From positions 908 to 64,907 of the forward strand of contig JAISAB010000007.1 in assembly GCA_031266915.1 (NCBI GenBank): a stretch of 64,000 nucleotides of DNA, given 5' to 3'. This document shows, in pieces, positions 1-9,952 of the stretch. The translations under genes and the position numbers were made by a program. The DNA comes from Rickettsiales bacterium (GTDB taxonomy: Bacteria; Pseudomonadota; Alphaproteobacteria; Rs-D84). The stretch's first letter is position 1. Every line of letters begins with the position of its first letter. The notes beneath the pieces are model-generated. The model saw only the letters and a program-made list of their open reading frames with translations, was not told where the DNA came from and ran no database searches.

Positions 1-29
1 ATTTTTTGCGACCGCAAAGGAGCAAAATA

Positions 30-881
30 ATGGCATTGCCTAAATTCACCATGAAACAGCTGATGGAGGCCGGTGTGCATTTCGGTCACCACACGCGCCG
101 CTGGAATCCGCTGATGACACCATACGTTTACGGCGTCAAGGACAAGATTCACATCATCAACCTGAACAAAACCGCCCCGCTGCTGCATCGCGGCCTGGTC
201 GCGCTGGAGGCCATCACGGCCGCCGGCGGCAAAGTTTTGTTCGTCGCGACCAAGCATCAGGCCAAAGACATCGTCCGGGACGCCGCGGAGCGCTGTGGCC
301 AACACTATGTGAACAACCGCTGGCTGGGCGGCATGATGACGAACTGGGCGACTGTTTCGCAAAGTGTTCGCCGCCTGAAGAAAATGGAAGCCGACATCGC
401 GAACGCTGAAAAACTGGGCCTGACCAAGAAAGAAGTCGGCGTCATGACCAAGGAAGTTGAAAAGTTGCGCGATATTTTCGGCGGCATCATTGATATGCAT
501 GGAACGCCTCAGGCTGTTGTCATTATAGACGTGCCGCGCGAAATAAACGCCGTGCGCGAGGCCGGAAACCTGGACATCCCGACAATCGCAATCTGCGACA
601 CAAACGCGAATCCTGAAATCGTCAGCTATCCGATTCCAGGCAATGACGACGCGTCGCGCGCGACGCAGCTGTATTGCGACTTGTTCGTGGACGCGATTTT
701 GTCCGGCATTGAAAAGAGACTGGGCGGCGTTGCGTCGAAAAAAGTCGAATCGGATATGCAGGGTGCCGCCGCGGACGAACTGGAAGACGGTATCAAGGAA
801 AAAGAACTGAAGAAAAAGTCCAAAACATCCGAAGCCCGCAACGAACGCCGCGAAAAACTGGCCGAAAAGGTGGCAGAATAG
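30..881 (+). CDS. rpsB: 30S ribosomal protein S2
   Basis: MEAGVHFGH...WNP and PIPGNDD motifs; AAGGAG upstream of ATG at 30; upstream of tsf. Confidence 0.98.
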   Translation: MALPKFTMKQLMEAGVHFGHHTRRWNPLMTPYVYGVKDKIHIINLNKTAPLLHRGLVALEAITAAGGKVLFVATKHQAKDIVRDAAERCGQHYVNNRWLGGMMTNWATVSQSVRRLKKMEADIANAEKLGLTKKEVGVMTKEVEKLRDIFGGIIDMHGTPQAVVIIDVPREINAVREAGNLDIPTIAICDTNANPEIVSYPIPGNDDASRATQLYCDLFVDAILSGIEKRLGGVASKKVESDMQGAAADELEDGIKEKELKKKSKTSEARNERREKLAEKVAE

Positions 882-916
882 TCATTAGTCGCTAGTAGTT
901 AGTAGCTAGTAACTAG
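880..916. repeat. Heptamer-like TAGTAGC-type repeat tract; inverted counterpart at 1284-1315
   Basis: agtcattagtcgctagtagttagtagctagtaactag versus actagctactagtgactagctactagctact, bracketing the four-helix-bundle gene; same family at 31211-31341. Confidence 0.75.
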
Positions 917-937
917 GTTATCAGGGCGAGTTTTTTT

Positions 938-1303
938 ATGAAAATGAATCATGTTGAACAGTTGGACATTTTTAAAAGAGCTCACTTGGTGGCATTGGAA
1001 ATCTACAAAATTACAGCTGGTTTTCCAAAAGATGAGCTTTATGGCCTTTCTTCACAAATGAAAAGGGCTGCGGTTTCCATCAACTCCAATCTTATGGAGG
1101 GCGGCGGGCGAAATACTTTTGGCGAGTACAAACACTTTATAGGAATCGCCAGAGGTTCGCTGTCGGAATTGAAATATCAAACAATTTTGGCCAAAGATTT
1201 GGAAATGGTAAGTCACGATACCGCCGATAGGCTTGTTGATGAAATGGAGCAAATCGGTCGAATGATGACGGGATTGTTAAATAAACTAGCTACTAGTGAC
1301 TAG
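938..1303 (+). CDS. Four-helix-bundle protein (23S rRNA intervening-sequence protein family)
   Basis: FPKDELYGLSSQMKRAAVSINSNLMEG...FIGIARGSLSEL signature. Confidence 0.92.
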   Translation: MKMNHVEQLDIFKRAHLVALEIYKITAGFPKDELYGLSSQMKRAAVSINSNLMEGGGRNTFGEYKHFIGIARGSLSELKYQTILAKDLEMVSHDTADRLVDEMEQIGRMMTGLLNKLATSD

Positions 1304-1338
1304 CTACTAGCTACTGAACGACTGAAAGGAGTCAAACA

Positions 1339-2208
1339 ATGGCAGAAGTTACAATAAAACTGATTCAACAATTGCGCGAAATGACTGGCGCTGGCATGGC
1401 CGATGTTAAAAAGGCCTTGGTCGAAAACGACGGCGATGTTCAGGCCGCCGCTGACTGGCTGCGCCAAAAGGGCATTGTCAAGGCGGCGTCAAAATCCGGC
1501 CGCGTCGCGGCATCGGGCCTGGTGACCGTCGTCAAATGCGACGGAATGGGCTGCGTCGTCGAACTGAACGCTGAAACGGACTTTGTCGCCAAGAACGAGC
1601 GTTTCCAGAAACTGGTTTCCGACGTTGCGGCCAAAGCGGCCAAGCTGGGCGGCGATTTCGACGCCACGCTGGACGCGGTCAAGGACGATATTGCTGCGAC
1701 AATCGCGACAATCGGCGAAAATATGAACCTGCGCCGCATATCCCGGGTCAGCGCCGACAACATCTATACCTATGTTCACAATGCCTTGGTGCCGAATATG
1801 GGCCAAATCGGCGTAGTCGTCGGTATCAACGGCGACGCGTCAAAAATCGACGAAATCGGTTCGAAAATCGCGATGCACATCGCCGCGAACAAGCCTGAGT
1901 TCATGACAATCGCGGACGTTGACCCGGCCGCCGTCGAGCGCGAAAAAAAGGTCTTTATCGAATCCGGCGCGACCGCCGGCAAGCCAGAAAACATCGTCGA
2001 AGGCATGATTAATGGCCGCATCAAGAAATGGTATGCCGAATCGGTACTGGAAGAACAGCCCTTTGTCATGGACCCGTCCAAGACCGTGAAACAGGTTATC
2101 AATGACGCCGGCGGCGAGTTGAAAGGCTTTGCCTACTATGTTCTGGGCGAAGGCATTGAAAAGCGCGATGATAATCTTGCCGACGAAGTCGCCAAAATGT
2201 TAAAATAA
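1339..2208 (+). CDS. tsf: Elongation factor Ts
   Basis: LREMTGAGM, ELNAETDFVAKN and IAMHIAA motifs; AAGGAG RBS. Confidence 0.98.
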   Translation: MAEVTIKLIQQLREMTGAGMADVKKALVENDGDVQAAADWLRQKGIVKAASKSGRVAASGLVTVVKCDGMGCVVELNAETDFVAKNERFQKLVSDVAAKAAKLGGDFDATLDAVKDDIAATIATIGENMNLRRISRVSADNIYTYVHNALVPNMGQIGVVVGINGDASKIDEIGSKIAMHIAANKPEFMTIADVDPAAVEREKKVFIESGATAGKPENIVEGMINGRIKKWYAESVLEEQPFVMDPSKTVKQVINDAGGELKGFAYYVLGEGIEKRDDNLADEVAKMLK

Positions 2209-2211
2209 TTT

Positions 2212-2292
2212 CTATGGATTCTTGTCGCGGCGCCCAACCCTCGTGTACCCTTTGTACACGTCGGGTTGTCCGCCGCTTCCAATAATCTCATA
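2212..2292. repeat. Palindromic intergenic element (CCCTCGTGTAC...GTACACGTCGGG family)
   Basis: Related cores at about 14567-14600 and 25817-25850; tatg...cata closing arms. Confidence 0.6.
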
Positions 2293-2347
2293 TAAATTAT
2301 TTTATTAGATAATCTGAGGGTGGTACATAGCAAAAGGTTGGTGCATT

Positions 2348-3010
2348 ATGTCAAAAGCAAAGAAACTTATGTTGGGTACACTGTTGGTAGCCAGTTTGTT
2401 TGGGGGCAAGGTTGTCGCGCAGAATCGAAATTCCAGTCAGGTTCAAAATAAAAAAGAGCGGGTCGTCAGCGTAAAAAAAGAGTTTCGTGAACCGGGCATA
2501 TTGGTTGCGCGTCGCGGCAATACCCTGATTTCTGAAATTAACACGGATAAATTCTCGCCGTTGGTTAATGCGCAAAGACTTGAAATAGAATCATTTGTAT
2601 CCAGTATGTCAAAAGAACTTATTCCAAATATGGGGGCGGATAATCCTTATAATCCGAACTATTTTTCTGAAAAAAGTCTGAAGTTTGTAAAAAAAGAGGT
2701 TAACAAAACAAAGCAAGCCGTTATGGATAGATTACTTGATTTGCCGTTGACGCAAAAGAAATATGAAGACATCAAAATCAAATTAATAACTCTTTTGTTG
2801 ATGACGCAAAGCGTCGATATTATGCTTGCACCGTCTATTAACAATGTTAATAAAAATCCACAATCTACAGTACGTTATTATTCCTTTATCCGTACGGCGC
2901 TGTATATCAAAATGTTGAATTGGATGATAGAAGAAGATTTAAAAGAAATGGAATTTGTCAAAGCATCGGAAAAGTCAGCCAAACCGGTCTTGCAAGAAAA
3001 AACAAGATAA
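2348..3010 (+). CDS. Hypothetical secreted protein (AT-rich)
   Basis: 220-aa ORF with signal-peptide-like N-terminus; no family recognised. Confidence 0.65.
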   Translation: MSKAKKLMLGTLLVASLFGGKVVAQNRNSSQVQNKKERVVSVKKEFREPGILVARRGNTLISEINTDKFSPLVNAQRLEIESFVSSMSKELIPNMGADNPYNPNYFSEKSLKFVKKEVNKTKQAVMDRLLDLPLTQKKYEDIKIKLITLLLMTQSVDIMLAPSINNVNKNPQSTVRYYSFIRTALYIKMLNWMIEEDLKEMEFVKASEKSAKPVLQEKTR

Positions 3011-3199
3011 TCGGACTTGATTTACTCTTATATTGTCTGCTATGATAACCGTATGTTGAAATCGATTGGATTTTCTTATTTCTACAACTACGGCTGCCGC
3101 GCAGCCTGATTCAACACACTCCCAAAATTTTTTGTTTATTTTTGTAACGGGTTGCACTTTTGCGACAAGTTTGGTATTATTCGTTTAAAAGGAAACACT

Positions 3200-4423
3200 A
3201 TGACACAGAAACTTTTTGATATGCTGCGCGAACGCGGCTTTGTCAAGGATATGACTCATCCCGAGCAAATCGAGAATATATTGAATGGCGACAAGAAGAT
3301 TACGTTCTATGTCGGCATCGACCCGACGGCGGACAGTCTGCATATCGGGCATTTTTTCGCGCTGCGCATGGCGCGGCACCTGCAGAATGCTGGTCACCAC
3401 GCGATTATTCTGATTGGCGGCGCGACCGCTTTGATTGGCGACCCGACCGGCAAGTCCGATATGCGCAAAATGATGACCAAGGAACAAGTCAGGCATAATT
3501 TGGAAGAGGTCAAAACACTGGCAAAGCGTTTTGTTCTGCCGAAAACCGAATTCGTGGACAACGCCGATTGGATTAACAAATTCACCTATGTCGATTTCAT
3601 GCGGCTGGTGTGCGTTCATTTCAACGTCAACACAATGCTGGCGTCCGAAGCGTATGCGCGCCGCCGCGAGAACGGCGGATTGACATTTTTGGAAATGGGC
3701 TATATGCCCATGCAGGCGTATGATTTCGTGCATCTGAATCGCGAAAAGGGATGCGTCCTGCAAATCGGTGGCAGCGACCAATGGGGAAATATCGTCGCCG
3801 GCACGGAATTGTTCAGAAAAATGAACTTGGAAGAGGGCAACGAAAAAGCCGAAATCTATGGACTGACCGCGCCGCTGCTGATGACGGCCGACGGCAACAA
3901 AATGGGCAAGACCGAAAAGGGAACGCTGTGGGTCGCGCGCGACAGAACGACGCCTTTTGATTTTTTCCAATATTTTTACAACGTGCCGGATGAAAATACG
4001 CGGATGCTGCTGTTGCTGTTCACGGATATTCCAATCGCCGAAATTGACGATATGTGCAAAAAAGACATTGTTCAGGCGAAAAAGGTAATGGCGTTTGAGG
4101 TTACAAAATTGATTCACGGCCAACAGGCCGCGGACGAGGCTGCGAACACCGCTGCGGCGCTGTTTTGCGGCGGTGACGCCGCCAATGCGCCCAGCGTCGA
4201 TTATAAAATCCCGCAGACCGTGCCGAATATTGTGGACTTTGCAATCGCGGTCGGATTATTCCCTTCTAAATCCGAGGCGCGCCGCACAATCGAGCAGGGT
4301 GGCCTGAGCGTCGACGACCAAAAGGTAACCAGTGCCGACCAAGTGGTATTAATGCCGGCGCCCGGAATGCACCTAATGCTGCGCAAGGGAAAAAAGACCT
4401 TTTTGAAAGTTGTTATGAAGTGA
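3200..4423 (+). CDS. tyrS: Tyrosine--tRNA ligase
   Basis: GIDPTADSLHIGH, QIGGSDQWGNI, KMGKT and C-terminal S4-like domain; AAGGA before ATG 3200. Confidence 0.98.
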   Translation: MTQKLFDMLRERGFVKDMTHPEQIENILNGDKKITFYVGIDPTADSLHIGHFFALRMARHLQNAGHHAIILIGGATALIGDPTGKSDMRKMMTKEQVRHNLEEVKTLAKRFVLPKTEFVDNADWINKFTYVDFMRLVCVHFNVNTMLASEAYARRRENGGLTFLEMGYMPMQAYDFVHLNREKGCVLQIGGSDQWGNIVAGTELFRKMNLEEGNEKAEIYGLTAPLLMTADGNKMGKTEKGTLWVARDRTTPFDFFQYFYNVPDENTRMLLLLFTDIPIAEIDDMCKKDIVQAKKVMAFEVTKLIHGQQAADEAANTAAALFCGGDAANAPSVDYKIPQTVPNIVDFAIAVGLFPSKSEARRTIEQGGLSVDDQKVTSADQVVLMPAPGMHLMLRKGKKTFLKVVMK

Positions 4424-5535
4424 AATGTTCAAAGTTAAAAGTTCAAAGTTCAATTTTGCGATTGGCGCTGGTCGTCGTTGCGCTGGGCGTTTTGAATATT
4501 GATGTCTGCCTGGCGTCGTCGTCCGGTGAATTGTCGCGCATCAACGCCCAGATTAAGCAGACCGAGCAGCAGAATAAACAGCTGGAAGAAAAAGTAAAAA
4601 CGTCCGAGCGCGATATAGAACGAACCAAAAACGATTTGGTGCGCGCCGCGGACAAGGTTTCCGACCTGGAGGAACAACGCGGCGCCGTCACGCGAAAAAT
4701 CGTTGACCTGGACCGGCGGCGCGACGGATTGCAGGCGTCCTTGGCGCAAAACCATGAACGTATTGCCGCGGCGGCGGCCACTATTTTATTCGTATCCGCC
4801 CACCCGGACTTTGATGCGGACAATATGCGGGAATACGTTTTGACATCGGCGGTGCTGTCAGGGGCGTCCCAGCGCTTTGACGAAGAAATCCAGCGCGCCA
4901 CCCAACAGATTGAAGAACTGGCCGTTATTCGCGAAAAACGCGCCGTCGAAAAGGAAAAGTTGGACCGCACAGCCCAGAAATACGCGACCGAGAAAAAAGA
5001 CTTGGATAAATTGCTGCGGACACGCAACGCCCAAAATGAAAAGCTGAAGGTCCAGCAGACGGCCCTGCAGAAGAAACTGCGCGATTTGTCGGCGCGCGCC
5101 AAGAATATTTCTGAATTGTCCGCCGGCGTCGGCAGTTCCCAAATGTCGGGCGATTCCAAGTTTTCATCGCGCAAATTGAATCCGCCGGTCAAGGGACGCT
5201 TGGTCGTTCGTTTCGGCGAAAAGACAGCGCTGGGGCTGGTGTCCGATGGCTGGCGAATCCGCGCCCGCGGTAACGCGCTGGTCGTCGCGCCCGCCGACGG
5301 CGAAGTAAAATTCGCTGACAGTTTCAAGGGCTTTGGCAAAGTCATCATCATGTCTCATAAAAACGGGTACAATACTGTTATGACGAATATGGGCGAAATC
5401 GATGTCCTGTTAGAGCAAGAAGTTCTGGCCGGCGAGCCAGTCGGGCGCATGAACGCCGACAAGCCCGAAATGTATCTAGAGGTCCGCCGCGGCAACCAAG
5501 TCGTCGACCCGGCCCGGTTGTTCAGGGAACCGTGA
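4420..5535 (+). CDS. envC: Murein hydrolase activator EnvC family (coiled coil plus M23/LytM domain)
   Basis: Signal peptide, long coiled coil, degenerate M23 domain (VVAPADGEV...GFGKVIIMSH...YLEVRR); lies near ctpA. Confidence 0.82.
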   Translation: MKCSKLKVQSSILRLALVVVALGVLNIDVCLASSSGELSRINAQIKQTEQQNKQLEEKVKTSERDIERTKNDLVRAADKVSDLEEQRGAVTRKIVDLDRRRDGLQASLAQNHERIAAAAATILFVSAHPDFDADNMREYVLTSAVLSGASQRFDEEIQRATQQIEELAVIREKRAVEKEKLDRTAQKYATEKKDLDKLLRTRNAQNEKLKVQQTALQKKLRDLSARAKNISELSAGVGSSQMSGDSKFSSRKLNPPVKGRLVVRFGEKTALGLVSDGWRIRARGNALVVAPADGEVKFADSFKGFGKVIIMSHKNGYNTVMTNMGEIDVLLEQEVLAGEPVGRMNADKPEMYLEVRRGNQVVDPARLFREP

Positions 5536-5604
5536 GTAGATTTATGATTTACGGATTTAAGATTTGGGGCAAGCAATAGGAATGTACCTTAAATTAAAAC
5601 AAAC

Positions 5605-5735
5605 TTTTGTCATTCCAGCAAAGGCCGGAATAGGGCCCTTAGCCGCAATGCGAAGCATTGCCATGGTTTGTGCATTTGGTTCGTTTTGCTCACGGTTAAT
5701 AGACCCTATCCCTGCCTTCGCAGGGATGACAAAAA
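5605..5735. repeat. Palindromic element (GTCATTCC...GGGATGAC, RPE/REP-like)
   Basis: ttttgtcattccagcaaaggccggaataggg ... ccctatccctgccttcgcagggatgacaaaa inverted arms. Confidence 0.75.
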
Positions 5736-5815
5736 TTACTTTGTAATTTTTGTCTTAAAAGGTACGATTCCTATCGTTTGCCACAAACTTAAATCCGTAA
5801 ATCATAAATCTTAAA

Positions 5816-6535
5816 TTACTTCCAGTCTCGCTGAACCTTGCACAGCTGTTTGATGATTCTGTGTTGGGTTCGCATCATAATGTTCAGAAACGCTTTTTCA
5901 TATTCTTTCTTGGTGCCGCAATTTTTGCAGCGGATGGCGTCCAGGTAAATATCACGGTCGCCCGTTTGATTGAAAAGCAGCGGCGTATATCCGTCTTTCA
6001 TCAGAATCCAGTTCATAATCATGCGGGCCGTCCGTTTGTTCAAATCCTCGAACGGCTGGATTGACACGATGTCATAGTGAACCTGAAAAGCCTTGGTTAT
6101 CGGGTCAATATCGTTTCTGGATATATAGTAAAACAGGTCGTCCATGCGATAATATATGGCAGACGTGTTTGGCGCGTCTATGTTCAATGACGTCAAATCT
6201 ACCTCATGCAGGCGAATAACGCCGCCATTAATGTCCGACCCTTTGCTGATTAATTGATGAATGGCCCGAGTCTGATAGCTGTCGATAATGTCGGTCTTGG
6301 TATTTTTAGTTATATAATTAAATGAACTGGCCAGACAATTCCGGCGCATCTTTTGTTCCTTGCAGTAATAGAGATATTTTTCGTCCTTTGGAATCAGTTT
6401 TTCATTTTCTTTCAATAATTGGCTTCGAACCCATTGGTTATAGCTCATCCAGATAGAATGGTCCGATAAAATAGCCAGAATACTTTCTCTGTCCTGATTG
6501 ATGGTATTTTTAATATCAAATCTTGGCTTTGTCAT
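5816..6535 (-). CDS. Fic-domain protein with degenerate active-site motif
   Basis: IQPFEDLNKRTARMIMN versus canonical HPFxDGNGRxxR. Confidence 0.8.
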   Translation of the reverse strand: MTKPRFDIKNTINQDRESILAILSDHSIWMSYNQWVRSQLLKENEKLIPKDEKYLYYCKEQKMRRNCLASSFNYITKNTKTDIIDSYQTRAIHQLISKGSDINGGVIRLHEVDLTSLNIDAPNTSAIYYRMDDLFYYISRNDIDPITKAFQVHYDIVSIQPFEDLNKRTARMIMNWILMKDGYTPLLFNQTGDRDIYLDAIRCKNCGTKKEYEKAFLNIMMRTQHRIIKQLCKVQRDWK

Positions 6536-6692
6536 GAGAGGGCCTCTTATTTATAACTTGTATTTAAAATATATACCATATAATAATTTTGTCAACAAAT
6601 ATATAAAATTTTCCAAAAAATCGTGTTGCGGGATTTTTATTTATGTTCTATGATTCCCGGGATATGCAGTCGTCATATAAGAAGGAATAGAA

Positions 6693-8126
6693 ATGTTCAA
6701 AAAAATACTGATTTTAATGGTTTTGGTTGTTCCGGTTGCTGGCGTCTTTGCCGCGGACAAGAAAAAAGAAGAACCCGTCGTTCACCTGACTGACGCCCAG
6801 ATTTACGAAGAGTTGAAAAAACTGGCCATGGTGTTCGAGGTCGCGCGCGAAAACTTCGTCGAAGAGGCGGATGAGAAAAAGATGCTAGAGGCCGCGATGA
6901 ACGGCATGCTGGGCGCGCTGGACCCGCATTCGTCTTATCTGTCGTCGGACGATTTCAAGGACTTTAACGACAAATCCCACGGGGAATTCGGCGGGCTGGG
7001 CATTCAAATCACCAGCGACCGCGGCGCGGTAAAGGTTATTTCGCCAATCGACGACACGCCGGCGGAAAAGGCTGGTATCAAGGCCGGCGATTACATCACG
7101 CACATCGACGACGAACAGGTGTTTGATTTAACCCTGAACCAAGCCGTTAAGAAAATGAAAGGCCGTCCGGGCACCAAGGTCAAGCTGACCATCGTTTCCG
7201 ATGGCAAAGAGCCGAAAACGCTGACGCTGAAACGCGCGATTATCAAGGTGAAATCCGTGAAATTTGAAGAAAAAAGCGACCCGTCGGCTGACGCTGCCGA
7301 GGCGGGAAAAATCGGCTATATCCGCATTTCCGATTTCGGCGCGACGACGCACAAGGAATTGAAAGACGCAATCGCGGCGCTGGAAAAGAAAAAAGTCATC
7401 GGATATGTCTTGGACGTCCGCAATAATCCGGGCGGCTATTTGACTGCGGCCATCGACGTGTCCGACGCATTCCTGGACAGCGGCGAAATAGTTTCCACCC
7501 GCGGCAAGCAAAAGAACGACGTAGTCCGCAGCTTTGCCCAGCCGGGCGATTTGGCCAACGGCAAGCCGATTGTGGTCCTGATTAATCACGGCTCGGCGTC
7601 CGCGTCAGAAATCGTTGCCGGTGCGTTGCAGGACAACGCGCGCGGTTTGGTCATGGGCTCGCAATCCTTTGGCAAGGGCAGCGTTCAGCAGCAAAAGCCG
7701 CTGCCGGACGGAACCGCGATTCATATCACAATCGCGCGCTATTACACGCCGAACGGAAAATCCATTCAGGGCGAGGGCATCACGCCTGATGTCGAGGTCT
7801 TGCAATCCAAGGTCGAAGTTCTGGAAAAAAGGCAGGGCACCTATACCGAGGCCGCGTTCAAAAACGCCCTGAAGAACGAGGATGCCGGAAAAAAGGATAA
7901 AAAATCCGACAAAGAAAAAGACTGGTCCGATATGACGGATGAAGAAAAAGAGGCCCTGGATTACCAGCTGCAGCGCGGCATGGACATGGTTCGCGCCATG
8001 GCCAAGATGGAATCCAAAAAGACCGAGGTCGCGTCGGACGCCGCCGATTCCAAATCCGGCAAGTCCGATAAGTCCGATAAAAAAGACGACACCAAACCGG
8101 CGGAGTCAAAAAAAGATAAGAAATAA
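6693..8126 (+). CDS. ctpA: Carboxyl-terminal processing protease (S41 family, PDZ domain)
   Basis: LDPHSSYL, GEFGGLGI, LDVRNNPGG, SASASEIVAGALQD, FGKGSVQ. Confidence 0.95.
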   Translation: MFKKILILMVLVVPVAGVFAADKKKEEPVVHLTDAQIYEELKKLAMVFEVARENFVEEADEKKMLEAAMNGMLGALDPHSSYLSSDDFKDFNDKSHGEFGGLGIQITSDRGAVKVISPIDDTPAEKAGIKAGDYITHIDDEQVFDLTLNQAVKKMKGRPGTKVKLTIVSDGKEPKTLTLKRAIIKVKSVKFEEKSDPSADAAEAGKIGYIRISDFGATTHKELKDAIAALEKKKVIGYVLDVRNNPGGYLTAAIDVSDAFLDSGEIVSTRGKQKNDVVRSFAQPGDLANGKPIVVLINHGSASASEIVAGALQDNARGLVMGSQSFGKGSVQQQKPLPDGTAIHITIARYYTPNGKSIQGEGITPDVEVLQSKVEVLEKRQGTYTEAAFKNALKNEDAGKKDKKSDKEKDWSDMTDEEKEALDYQLQRGMDMVRAMAKMESKKTEVASDAADSKSGKSDKSDKKDDTKPAESKKDKK

Positions 8127-8130
8127 AATA

Positions 8131-8550
8131 ATGGTTGAAAACATTATTCTTCGTCCGGCCGCGGCCAAAGACGCCGCGGCAATCCGGGAACTGATGTCGC
8201 ACGAGAAACAGATTCTGTCCGCCGGCGAAGTCTGGGACATCAAGTCTATAAAAATATACATTGATAATGGATTGACCTTTGTCGCGGAAATCGACGGCGA
8301 AATCGCCGGATTTATTATTGCCGAACATTTACTGAACGGCGGCGCGATGTTGCAGTTGCGAATTGTCGATAAAAAATTGCGCGGCCGAGGCATCGGCGCG
8401 ATACTGTTCGATTATTTCGAACAGGCCCTGCGCGACGCCGGAATCGGCTGGATGATGTCCTATGCCCGGCCAGATGTCGCCCGGTTTCACAAAAGCCGCG
8501 GCGCGTATCTGTGCGAAGGATATACAGAAGTATACAAAGAAATAAAATAA
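8131..8550 (+). CDS. GNAT-family N-acetyltransferase
   Basis: ILRPAAAKD, FVAEIDGEIAGFI and VDKKLRGRGIG acetyl-CoA motif. Confidence 0.85.
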   Translation: MVENIILRPAAAKDAAAIRELMSHEKQILSAGEVWDIKSIKIYIDNGLTFVAEIDGEIAGFIIAEHLLNGGAMLQLRIVDKKLRGRGIGAILFDYFEQALRDAGIGWMMSYARPDVARFHKSRGAYLCEGYTEVYKEIK

Positions 8551-8574
8551 AGGCCGCGATTCGCGGTCTTTTTT
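8551..8574 (+). terminator. Intrinsic terminator
   Basis: aggccgcga-t-tcgcggtct hairpin followed by a T-tract. Confidence 0.7.
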
Positions 8575-8633
8575 AGGTGGATTTTTTAATAAATTCATGT
8601 ATAATATATTTTGTGACAGCGTGTTGCTGCCAC

Positions 8634-8786
8634 GGGGTGTAACTACCCAACAAACGCGTCAGCGCTGACGTTAAAAAGCTCCAACCGTCGGTTGGAGGGC
8701 CGGTGGAATAAGGCTTGCCGAATACACCGCACTATTCGTTTGATAGTAGTTAACCTCCAACCGCTTTTTTTTAATGCGGTTTTTTT
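8634..8786 (+). promoter_or_regulatory. Attenuator-like structured leader, copy A (no obvious downstream gene)
   Basis: TATAAT at 8600; GGGGTGTAACTAC pairs with GTAGTTAACCTCC; inner hairpin CTCCAACC-GTC-GGTTGGAG; terminator AACCGC...GCGGTT plus T-tract. Confidence 0.6.
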
Positions 8787-8959
8787 CGTGGGGCACAGTG
8801 ATTATTTTTCTCTCCTCCAAAATGAAAAAGGGTCGGTGCCCCACCTGATTATGTTTCGGGCTAATCATATTCGTCCACATTTTTTATCACCTGGGTCCCG
8901 TGGTCAAGCCACTGGATGACAAGTTTGTATTTTATTTTGACTAATCAGTTGAGCAAAAT

Positions 8960-8984
8960 AAAAGGCCGCGGTTCGCGGCCTTTT
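8960..8984. terminator. Bidirectional intrinsic terminator
   Basis: aaaaggccgcg-gtt-cgcggcctttt. Confidence 0.75.
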
Positions 8985-8985
8985 G

Positions 8986-9828
8986 TTATTTATTCCTGTC
9001 GATGACAGTATCGCACAGGCCCAGCATCAGGCACTCGGCGGCGTTCTTGTACAAAGCGCCGGCCTGGGCCATTTCATTCAATGATGCGGGCGTGATTTTA
9101 CTGTTCATGGAATATCCGTTTTCGACCGCTCTGTTACGATTTATATCCATGGATGTTTTGAATCCGCGGTCGGTTGGCATCGGATAATACATCACCTTGT
9201 GACGCGCGGTCGAATACATCTTGCGGAAATTCGGCGTGCCCATCGCGGCGACAATGCCGCCGATATTTCCGACATTGCCCGCAATAATCGTTTCAATGAT
9301 AACGCCGCTACGCTTGGCGGTATCAAATATATGTTTGATTTTCTTCAACGATGCGAAGTCTTGTTCCGATTCGTTATACGTTACGACGACGTTGATATTC
9401 TCTTTCTTCGCTTCCTTGCGCGGCGTGTCATCGTCAAAAACAAAATTCAACAAGTCTGAATCTTTGGAAACCTTGCCGTATCTGATTTCTTTGTTCAACA
9501 TCTTGCGGAAATCCGACAAGAACGCATCGGACGGCTTGCCGTTGAAATAAACGGTTTTGCCATCAATGCGGTTGCCGTTTGTTTCCGGGGACGGTGCTTT
9601 GGGTTCAACGCGCAAGAATTCAATATGTCTGAATTCCGGCGCCTTTTCCATTTCTACGGCGCCTTGAACCATAATCGAAATACCATGATTCACTTGGCCG
9701 GCGGGGTTTAAATTCAATATTGCCGTTCCGTCATCGTTCAAACGCGTCGTGCCGCTGCAATGCGCTGTAAAAGGATTGCCGTTGACGATGATGTCCAGCT
9801 TGACTTTATAATTATATGTGTTGCTCAT
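8986..9828 (-). CDS. Hypothetical protein with C-terminal degenerate ClpP-like domain
   Basis: IETIIAGNVGNIGGIVAAMGTPNFRKMYSTARH...AAECLMLGLCDTVI resembles the ClpP core; catalytic Ser not evident. Confidence 0.6.
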   Translation of the reverse strand: MSNTYNYKVKLDIIVNGNPFTAHCSGTTRLNDDGTAILNLNPAGQVNHGISIMVQGAVEMEKAPEFRHIEFLRVEPKAPSPETNGNRIDGKTVYFNGKPSDAFLSDFRKMLNKEIRYGKVSKDSDLLNFVFDDDTPRKEAKKENINVVVTYNESEQDFASLKKIKHIFDTAKRSGVIIETIIAGNVGNIGGIVAAMGTPNFRKMYSTARHKVMYYPMPTDRGFKTSMDINRNRAVENGYSMNSKITPASLNEMAQAGALYKNAAECLMLGLCDTVIDRNK

Positions 9829-9952
9829 TTTTACCTCAATTTTTTCATAATATAATACAAAAACATATGTTTGTCAATATATTGTTATTATTCTTGCCTT
9901 GGTGGGCGATTGGCGATAATATGGCCTGCGCTATTTAAAGGAAAAGAAGAAT

